A stretch of 39,183 nt of DNA from Candidatus Dormiibacterota bacterium (lineage in GTDB: Bacteria; Chloroflexota; Dormibacteria; Dormibacterales; Dormibacteraceae), in contig DATLKH010000373.1 in NCBI GenBank assembly GCA_035538475.1, positions 1-39,183 of the forward strand, given 5' to 3'. The first letter of the stretch is position 1, and every line of letters begins with the position of its first letter. Shown one piece after another: positions 8,345 to 16,200 of this stretch. The position numbers and the translations under genes are program-made. Below the pieces are notes generated by a model. The model did not search any database, had not been told where the DNA came from, and worked only from the letters and a program-made list of their open reading frames with translations.

Positions 8345-9289
8345 TCAGGCCTCGAGGGCCGTCATGCGGCGGATGATCAGGTTTCCGATGAGGATCATGA
8401 CCGCGGCCAAAACCATCATTCCGTAGCCGACCAACGTGCTGGTCATCGGCGCGTAGTAGCCGGGTACGAAGACATAAAGTCCCAGCGCGAGCAGGATCGG
8501 CAAGCCCGTGATGATCGTCGCGGAAGCTCGCGACTGCGCGGTCAAAACGCTCATGTCGCGTTTGGTTTGCACGCGATCGCGCAGCGTGTCCGAGATGTTG
8601 TCCAGCACTTCGGCCAGATTTCCGCCAACTCGAACGTGCAGCAGGATGGCGGTGACGATGAACTCGAGGTCGGGGCTGTTGATGCGAAGCAGCAGCGCGC
8701 TCAGCGCGTCCTCCACCGAGATTCCAAGCGTGATCTCGGTGGCTACGCGCTCGAACTCGGTGGAAGTCGGCGGCTGAGATTTTTGGGCCACCGTCTCGAG
8801 CGCGCGATCGATCGCGTAGCCGGTCTTCAGCGAGTTGGAGATCAACTGCAGCGTGCTGCCAAGTTGGTCGTTGAACAGCTGCTGCCGGCGGCGCTGCAAG
8901 TACGCGACAACGAGCGGCGGGATCACGTAGCCGACCACGCCGAGAACAATCGGACCCAGCCCGAATCCGAAACGGAAGAGTCCGATGAGCACGCCAAGAG
9001 CGACAGCGCCGATGCGGATCAGCAAGTACTCAGGGGGTGTGATGTTCAACCCGGCCCGCGCCAGGTCTTCGCTCAACGTTGGCTTCCCCTGACCCCTGCG
9101 GCGCTGGCTCAGGTTCTCAGCGGCCGGTTTGAGCAATCGGTCGACGAGCTCGCGCGGCGTGGCCCTTGCGACAGGGCCCTGCACCGGCACGCGCGCCCGT
9201 TCCTTGCGAACCTTGTCCAGCGCCCAGAAAAAGACGAAGATGGCGGCGGCCATCGGCACGGCGACGATCGTCTCCGGCGGGAAGTTCAT
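8345..9289 (-). CDS. tadB: Type II secretion system F-family membrane protein (TadB-like)
   Basis: T2SSF-type sequence (FNDQLGSTLQLISNSLKTGYAIDRAL...) plus TM helices. An ATG at 9289 forms an ATGA overlap with the cpaB stop. The longer ORF starting at 9472 overlaps cpaB and is rejected. Confidence 0.8.
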   Translation of the reverse strand: MNFPPETIVAVPMAAAIFVFFWALDKVRKERARVPVQGPVARATPRELVDRLLKPAAENLSQRRRGQGKPTLSEDLARAGLNITPPEYLLIRIGAVALGVLIGLFRFGFGLGPIVLGVVGYVIPPLVVAYLQRRRQQLFNDQLGSTLQLISNSLKTGYAIDRALETVAQKSQPPTSTEFERVATEITLGISVEDALSALLLRINSPDLEFIVTAILLHVRVGGNLAEVLDNISDTLRDRVQTKRDMSVLTAQSRASATIITGLPILLALGLYVFVPGYYAPMTSTLVGYGMMVLAAVMILIGNLIIRRMTALEA

Positions 9290-10107
9290 GCCGAGAACAG
9301 GGTGGGGTAGGCGGTCTCCACTGCCTGAAGCGTCACCCCTCTGGCCGAGTTGATGGACGGGCATCCGGGGTCCGGCGCTTGAGTGCTGTCTTTCAGGTAG
9401 TCGTGGAACGATTCGAGCGTGTACTTGAGCGAGGCATAGGTCATGAACCAGTTCAGGATCTCGGCCTGGCACTGGGTCACGACCACGGTGAGACTGTTTG
9501 CCCCCGAATTTGCTGCCGACGCAGGCGTGCCGACGCGAATCACGTGCAGGTTGGTGAAGATCGTCTTGTCGGCCACGCGGCCCGTGCCTGACACGGTTGC
9601 GATGACCGAGATGTAATCGTCGGCCTGGATGTTGTTGGCGACGCCCTGCAGCTCGCTGGTCGGAATGGTGAAGGCGACGTAGCCGGCCGGGATCGGAAGG
9701 TACTCGGACTGGGCGCCGAGCGCCTGGTTCGGTTTCGCGACCTCGTTCGCCGTGATCGCGCTTCCGGCCGGGATGGCGACCAGCGGCACCATGCCGACCA
9801 CGTCGCGCAGGGCCTGGAAGTAAACCTTGGGGTATGCGCCCGGGACGGGAATGCTCTGGGTGCGGAGGGCGTCGGCCGCGATCGGGACGCGGGCCTGCAG
9901 GTCCTGGGCCGCGACCACCACCGCCTGGGTAGGCGTTCCGTTCGTGTTGCTGGCGTTGAGCGCCACCAGCACGAAGGCGGCCATGACGATGAGAGCCAGC
10001 AGAATGCCGAGCAGCGTGAAGGGTCGGCGTGAAGTAATCCCGCTAAGGGTCGTCAAAGCCGACCCATCATAGGCAAGATATCCCGGTGCCGAACCCCCAT
10101 AAAGCAC
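9286..10107 (-). CDS. cpaB: Flp pilus assembly protein CpaB/RcpC-like (N-terminal TM anchor plus SAF-like domain)
   Basis: RRPFTLLGILLALIVMAAFVLVAL anchor followed by VVVAAQDLQARVPIAADAL...IPAGYVAFTIP, which is typical of CpaB. An alternative in-frame TTG start lies at 10056. Confidence 0.75.
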   Translation of the reverse strand: MLYGGSAPGYLAYDGSALTTLSGITSRRPFTLLGILLALIVMAAFVLVALNASNTNGTPTQAVVVAAQDLQARVPIAADALRTQSIPVPGAYPKVYFQALRDVVGMVPLVAIPAGSAITANEVAKPNQALGAQSEYLPIPAGYVAFTIPTSELQGVANNIQADDYISVIATVSGTGRVADKTIFTNLHVIRVGTPASAANSGANSLTVVVTQCQAEILNWFMTYASLKYTLESFHDYLKDSTQAPDPGCPSINSARGVTLQAVETAYPTLFSA

Positions 10108-10667
10108 CCGGCGAAACGACCTTTTCCGGCCGCGGCCGCGAGCGGGGACAGTCGCTGGTCGAGTTCGCGGTCTCTTCAGTCGTCCTGCTGCTGCTGGTGG
10201 GCGGGCTGGTCGACGTCGGGCGGGCCATATACATCCAGGAGTCCCTTTCCAACGCCGTCCGCGAAGCGGCGCGGCATGGCGTCTGGTTCGATGCGCCCAG
10301 CCTTTCCCACCCTTACCTCTACGACGGCCAGATCAAATCCGAAGTTGACACCGAGCTGGCGGCCGTCAACCTGCCGGCGGCGACCATCAAGGGCAACTGC
10401 CCGACGCCGGCTGACGGCAACCTGTACCACAACCCGCCCTATCAGTCCTCGTTCTATCCGACTGCCGCGAACCAGCCCTGGCTGTACATCTGCTACAACA
10501 ACCAGGCCGGTCTCGATTATCCGAGCAGCCCCGCCACGAACCTCGCGCAGGAAGACCTCAACGTCATCGTCCTCTATTCCTATGCGCCCCTGACCCCGAT
10601 CGTCACCAACCAGTTCGGGATCTTCAAGGTGGCCGCCAACGAGCACATGACGGTGCAGGGCAGTTGA
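10086..10667 (+). CDS. TadE-like pseudopilin / pilus assembly protein
   Basis: N-terminal ERGQSLVEFAVSSVVLLLLVGGLVDVGRAIY...AVREAARHG matches the TadE N-terminal domain pattern. Confidence 0.7.
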   Translation: MPNPHKAPGETTFSGRGRERGQSLVEFAVSSVVLLLLVGGLVDVGRAIYIQESLSNAVREAARHGVWFDAPSLSHPYLYDGQIKSEVDTELAAVNLPAATIKGNCPTPADGNLYHNPPYQSSFYPTAANQPWLYICYNNQAGLDYPSSPATNLAQEDLNVIVLYSYAPLTPIVTNQFGIFKVAANEHMTVQGS

Positions 10668-11206
10668 TGAAGCGCTACTTCTCTCAGCGCTCGCAGGCCC
10701 TGATCGAGTTCTCGCTCGTTTCGCCCGTGTTGCTGTTGCTGCTGTTTGGAATCGTCGACATGGGCCGCGGCATCTTCTACTACGACACGCTGAACCATGC
10801 GGCGCGGGAGGGTGCGCGCACCGCAGTGCGAGCTTCAAACCAGCTTCCTAACAACGCAGACGTGTTGAACGCCGTCAGCGCTCAGATGCTGGGTACGCCG
10901 GTCTCAGAGGTCTGCGCCCAGGGACCGATCAGCTCCGGCACGCCGCCCGCCAACTCGGCCTGGCTCTACATCACCGAGCCAAACCCGCCATCGACGGTCG
11001 AGACAAGCCCGCCCCCCAACGCTCCAGGCGGCGAATACTCGACTCCCTCGAACGGATCATGCAGCGCGGTCAATCCGGCAGGCGGGAACGCGCAGCTGCA
11101 GGTGACACTGCGCTTCAACCTCGTTTTCATCACGCCCGTGATTTCGCAGGCGGCGGCAAATCACGTGGTGCTTTCCGCGGCCGCGGTTTACCGGACCGAG
11201 TACTGA
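10664..11206 (+). CDS. TadE-like pseudopilin / pilus assembly protein (second copy)
   Basis: QRSQALIEFSLVSPVLLLLLFGIVDMGRGIFYYDTLNHAAREGAR. The start (TTG 10664 or ATG 10667) overlaps the previous stop. Confidence 0.75.
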   Translation: MMKRYFSQRSQALIEFSLVSPVLLLLLFGIVDMGRGIFYYDTLNHAAREGARTAVRASNQLPNNADVLNAVSAQMLGTPVSEVCAQGPISSGTPPANSAWLYITEPNPPSTVETSPPPNAPGGEYSTPSNGSCSAVNPAGGNAQLQVTLRFNLVFITPVISQAAANHVVLSAAAVYRTEY

Positions 11207-13206
11207 TGAAATCCCCACGAAATCAGAGGCTGCGCCGTGATTTCGCGGGGGCCCCTGTGATGCGCCGGCAGCAGGGACAGGCGGTGGTCTTGATCGCGCT
11301 CATGATCACCGTGCTCATCGGGATGGTCGCGCTCGCAGTCGACGGTTCACGTGGCTTTGCGATGCGGCGGGATCTCCAGGCTGCTGTCGACGCGGCTGCA
11401 CTCGCAGCCGGCGACAACTTCCAGCAGACCGCGAGCTACTCCAGCGCCGAGCAGGCGGCGACGTCGATCTTCGGCACCAACCTGCGTCTGTATACGAATC
11501 CGCCTTGCAATCCCTCATACGGCTCGCCCGGTCCGTCACCGCTGACCATCAACTGCACGTATCCCGACGGGACGGTGCTGACGCAGCAAGTCGTCTCGCT
11601 CGGGGCCCAAGGCAGCCAGTTCAACCTCAGCGCCCGGCGCACGCTGCAGCTCAACTTCGGCGGGCTGTTGACCAACGGGGTCAACCCAGCCGTCGCCGGT
11701 GCCGCGAGCGGCACCGTCAACAATTTGCTCTACGCACCCACTGTCGCAGCCCTCAACCAGGGTGGGTGCAGCGGATCCGGCAATCCGCTGAGCGTCAATG
11801 GATCGGGAACGCTGAGCATCACTGGCGATGTCGTCGCCAATGGCACGGTTAATGTGCTCTCGGGCGCAATGTCCGTCGCAGGAGACATCTACGCGCGCTG
11901 CCAGTCGAGCATCGCCGGGGCCACGAACACCTGCTATTCGAGCGGCCTGGGGGGTCCGTGCACTTTTCCGGATGTGATGGGGGCAGTTCGTTCCGGTTTC
12001 AAGATCGCAGACCCGTCGTACCCGATTCCTCCGCTCAACGGCACGGCACAGGGAATACCGGGTGCGAATGTCGTCATCTATCCGGGCACCTACGCCGCCA
12101 ACCCGCTGATCGGCGCGGGCAGGTGCTACTTCCTGACCGCAGGCGTGTACACGTGGCGGTCCGGGTACAGAGCCAACGGCGGCTTCGTCAGCAATGAGCT
12201 GAAGCCACCCGACGAGCCAAGTCCCACCGACATCACACAGCTCGCTGCGAAGCAGTTCTGGAACACCAACGGAGTCAACTGCGCGGGCTCATTCAAGCTC
12301 ACGGCGACGGCCGGTTCCGGATCGACCGTCGGCACCTATGGATTCAGATTGACCTCGATCCGGACGGATACGTACAACGGCGTCAGCTACACGCGGGAGA
12401 GCGCACCGTCGCGGTGCCAGTCACTGACGGTGAACATCTCGCAGGTTGCGACCGCGACCGTGAGCAATGTGCCCGGGGCGCAGGCCTACCGGCTCTACAT
12501 GTCGACCAATGGCTGCACGCCTCCATTCGGACTCGTCTACACCCTCGATGTCACCGGGACTCCGGAAAACGACAACCTCAGCGGCTGTCCGTGGGGGCCG
12601 TGCAGCCTGGGCCAGACGATGGTTTCGGCGCCTGCGTTCATCCTGGCGGGCTTACCTCTGCCCAACGCCGCGGCCGCGCCAGGGACTCCGGGCTCATATC
12701 CGCCGGACGACGAGAGGGCGCCCCTACAAGCCGGACTTCCGAACCAGAACGCGCCGCGGCTGACGCCGCCGGCAGGCGGTCGGGGAAACGAAAACGAGTG
12801 CGTAACGGCAGGCGGCGGCGTGCTGGTTTCGTGCCCTGCAGCAGTCACTCCGGGCGCGGTCGTCTTCTACATCCCCACCGGAGGATGCCTGAATGCGACC
12901 AGCACGAGTGACACGTTCATCTTCAGCGGATATCAGTACGACTGGATCTCGGTATACGAGCCGGGAGCAGGCAATCCGCCGGCCAACACCTGTCCCAACG
13001 TGATCGCCGCCGCAGGCAACTCCGCGTACATCGGCCTCGTCTATTTGCCCTCGGCCAGCCTAAATGTGCAGAGCAGCACGACATTCGAGTCGCAAGCCAC
13101 GGCCGGGATCATGGCCGACACCGTCAGCTTCACCGGGTCGCTGCCGATCATCACCTACGGCGCGGGTTACGCACCGATCCGGCCCGCCAGCAGACTGTCT
13201 AGCTGA
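11206..13206 (+). CDS. TadG-like large pilus-associated protein (Tad N-terminal domain plus ~600-aa Gly/Thr/Ser/Pro-rich extracellular region)
   Basis: RRQQGQAVVLIALMITVLIGMVALAVDGSRGFAMRRDLQAAVDAAALAAG is the TadG-type N-terminus. An ATG at 11206 overlaps the upstream TGA (TGATG). The ORF-track start at 11059 lies inside the previous gene. Confidence 0.7.
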   Translation: MKSPRNQRLRRDFAGAPVMRRQQGQAVVLIALMITVLIGMVALAVDGSRGFAMRRDLQAAVDAAALAAGDNFQQTASYSSAEQAATSIFGTNLRLYTNPPCNPSYGSPGPSPLTINCTYPDGTVLTQQVVSLGAQGSQFNLSARRTLQLNFGGLLTNGVNPAVAGAASGTVNNLLYAPTVAALNQGGCSGSGNPLSVNGSGTLSITGDVVANGTVNVLSGAMSVAGDIYARCQSSIAGATNTCYSSGLGGPCTFPDVMGAVRSGFKIADPSYPIPPLNGTAQGIPGANVVIYPGTYAANPLIGAGRCYFLTAGVYTWRSGYRANGGFVSNELKPPDEPSPTDITQLAAKQFWNTNGVNCAGSFKLTATAGSGSTVGTYGFRLTSIRTDTYNGVSYTRESAPSRCQSLTVNISQVATATVSNVPGAQAYRLYMSTNGCTPPFGLVYTLDVTGTPENDNLSGCPWGPCSLGQTMVSAPAFILAGLPLPNAAAAPGTPGSYPPDDERAPLQAGLPNQNAPRLTPPAGGRGNENECVTAGGGVLVSCPAAVTPGAVVFYIPTGGCLNATSTSDTFIFSGYQYDWISVYEPGAGNPPANTCPNVIAAAGNSAYIGLVYLPSASLNVQSSTTFESQATAGIMADTVSFTGSLPIITYGAGYAPIRPASRLSS

Positions 13207-16200
13207 CCGGTTCGGTCTCCGGCACCGGCGCGGTCGCCTCGACCGGCCCGGCGCCGTTGTGGTCGGTCGGCTCGCCGCGATTTTCGAGATGCGCGATGCG
13301 CCGGTGGAGCGCCGCCGCCGCTTTCGTATCGCCCAGATCTTCGAACCGCTCGATAGCGCCGCGCCATGTCGCCTTCGCGTCCTCGAGGCGGCCCAACCCC
13401 CAAAGCGCGTGCGCTCGCGTGGAGAGGGCGTCGGCCCGTTCCTTGGTCTGCTCGGCGGGAAGCAGCTGCAGCGCGGAATCGATGAGCCTGAGCACGTCGT
13501 CGAAAGCCCCGACAGCGAGCGCCTGCCGCGCCGCGTGGAGCAAGAAGCTCGCGGTGCGACCTGGATTGGCCGCCGTGCCCGCCTGATACAGGTGGTGGGC
13601 AATTTCCGCCGCGCGCTGCTCGGCCAGCTTGCCGTAGACACGCTCGAGCGTATCGGCCACGGCCAGGTGGTAAGCCTGCATGCGCGGCAGCGCCAGTCCG
13701 GCGAGCACGCGTTGACGAACGAGGTCGTGCGCGAATCGATAGCGGTCGTGGCCGAGGGCTGAAATGAAATGGCCGCGCGTAGCTTCGTCGAGCGCGTCAC
13801 GCAGCTCATGGCCTGCCAGCTCGCCGAACGCTTCCAGCAAACTGACCTCGAAATCGCGCCCGATGATGGCGGCCGCGACGAGCATTCGCTGCGCGGGCTC
13901 GCTCAGGCGCTGAATGCGCCGGCCGATCAAGCCGCGCACGCTTTGCGCAAGCTCGAGGTCTTCTTCGGTGAAGCTCGCTTGATGGCCGGCGCCACCGAGC
14001 ATGCTCTCCGACTCGGAGAGATAGAACAGGGAATGCTCGACGAAAAGCGGATTGCCTTCGGTCGCGGCCTGGATGCCGATGAGCTGGACCGGAGTCAGCG
14101 GCGTTTCCGCCAAACCGGCCGCAATCCGCTCGACATCTTGATCCGACAGCCGCCCGACGGCGATGCGCTGTGCGCGGCGGCGGCGCAACATCCGGGAGAG
14201 CGCGGTCGCAAACTGGCGGCTCGAGTCGAGCTCGGTGTCCCAATACGTGCCGAGCACGACCATTCGGCTCGAGCTCGAGCGCTCGGCGAGGTCTCTCAAC
14301 ATCGCGACCGTCGCCTCATCGGCCCAGTGCAGGTTGTCGAGCACGATCATCAGCGGTCTGTTGCCCTGGACCCCCTTCAAGAATTCGTGCACGGACTTGA
14401 AGAGCGTCTCGCGCAGCTTGTCGGCCGGAATCTCGGCAGCCGACGGGAGCGACCGCACCTTCTGGCGGAGATTTGAGGCGAGCAGGGCCAGCAGCGATCC
14501 GTGATGGCCCGTCGCCTCCAGCAGCGTCTTGGCCGTCGCGCTCGCCACAGCCGCGGTCAACACTTCGCGGAACGGTTCGTATGCCTCGCCATCGTTTTCC
14601 AGGCAGCGCCCGCTCAAGACGAGCCATCCCTTGCTTTGGGCTTCCGCGCTGACTTCGCTCGCCAGACGCGAGGCGCCGATCCCTGGTGCGCCAGCCAGGA
14701 AGATCACGCCGCCGGCTCCGGTGGCGGCCCGGTCCATGACCAGTCGAATGTCGAGCCGCTCCTGATCGCGATCCACGAAGCCCTCTGCGGCGGCGACCAC
14801 TTTGGGCGCTTCCTTCACTTCGGTCGGCGTCACCTGGTGCAGGCGCCATCGATCGGGGAAACCCTTCAGCTTGTAGCGGCCGCGGTACTCGAAATGCAGC
14901 TCCGCCACCGGGCCGACCAGCTCGCGGACGATCTCGGATACGAGCACCTGCCCGCCCTTCGCCTTGCCCGCGACGCGCGCGGCCACGTTGACGGCCGCGC
15001 CGAAGATGTCGCCGCCTTCCTCCACGACCTCGCCGGTGTTGACGCCGATCCGGATGCGGATCTTTCGATCCGGGTTTTGCTTGCTGTACTCCGCGATCGC
15101 CGTCTGAATCGCGAGCGCGCACTCGACGCCGTGGCGCGCGGAGCCGAAGCTGATCATGTAGCCGTCGCCGAGTCCTTTGATCCGGCGCCCCGCGTGCTCC
15201 GCGACCTTCTCCTCGATGATGGTCTCGTACGCCTTCATGATTTCGTGAGAGGCGGTGAAACCGCGGGTCGAGAGCAGCTTCGTGGACTCCTCGACGTCCG
15301 TGAACATGATCGTCACGGTGCCTTCGGTCTGACCCACGGCGAGGCTGCCGATGATGGTGTCGGCGGTGAGCGGCCCGGCGGGGTTGACGGGCTGACCCAG
15401 TCCTTCCGCGATCTCGCGCAGTAGGCCCTGTGATGCGCGGTAGCCGGCTTCACCCTGGGGATAGCGGACGGCGGTGAGCAGCCCGGACTCGACGGCGAGG
15501 CGCAGCTCGCGGCCGGCCGACTCCTTGCTGATCTTGCTTTCCCTCGCGTAATCGCTCGCCTTCAGCTCGGAGCCCTCGAATGCATCGGTGAGTGGCTGCG
15601 CCAGGCGCAGGCTCAACCCACGGCGGGAGATGATGCTTTCGATCACGGCTTGAATTCTTCGTGACGCGCCGACCGGTCCTGGGGAGCCTTCGTTCGACCG
15701 CACGGTCGGCAGCATTCCGGAGAAACCGCTGGACGCGGCGGCGAGCTGTCCGAGGGCGGTGGTGGCGCGAGCCATCGCGGTCGCGGCCTCCAGCGCTTGA
15801 GCTCCGTGCAAAGCGCTCGGGAAGCCCGGAATCGGCGTCGTGAGCTCGGGCGGGTAGATCACCTGTGGCGCCGCGGAAACGACCGGCGCGACGGGAGCTA
15901 CACCGGCCGGCGGAGGTGGCGCGTAAGCGGCTGGAGGCAGGGCCGCTGCCGGCGCGGCCTGCGGTTCGGCGGGCGTTTGGGGCGCGGCGGCTTGAAGGTC
16001 GGCCACCGCGGCGCGTGCCGCGTCGATCAGCTTGCGCATCTCTTCCTGCATCTCCGGGGTCTGAGCGGGAGCCGCTGCGGCCGGCGCGGCAGGAGCTGCC
16101 GCCGCCGGGCGTTCCGAGCTGAACGGCACGACCACGACCTGACGGACCACGTTCGGTTCGGCCTTGCCCTGCCCGCTGATGAGCGGGTCCTTGACGACCG

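Noticed and set aside
7108-10107. A HAIR operator (CTTGAGT-N7-ACTCAAG) for the HspR-like regulator
   Set aside because: Partial matches (such as CTTGAGC near 9425 and ACTCAAG near 32066) are isolated half-sites inside coding regions with no inverted partner.
10056-13206. An Flp prepilin gene hidden among or beside the tadE/tadG-like genes
   Set aside because: No small ORF with a G/xxxxEY-type motif was found. The VEF/IEF motifs belong to the TadE-like proteins themselves, and the intergenic space is under 35 nt. Absence by eye is not proof, so an HMM scan is recommended.
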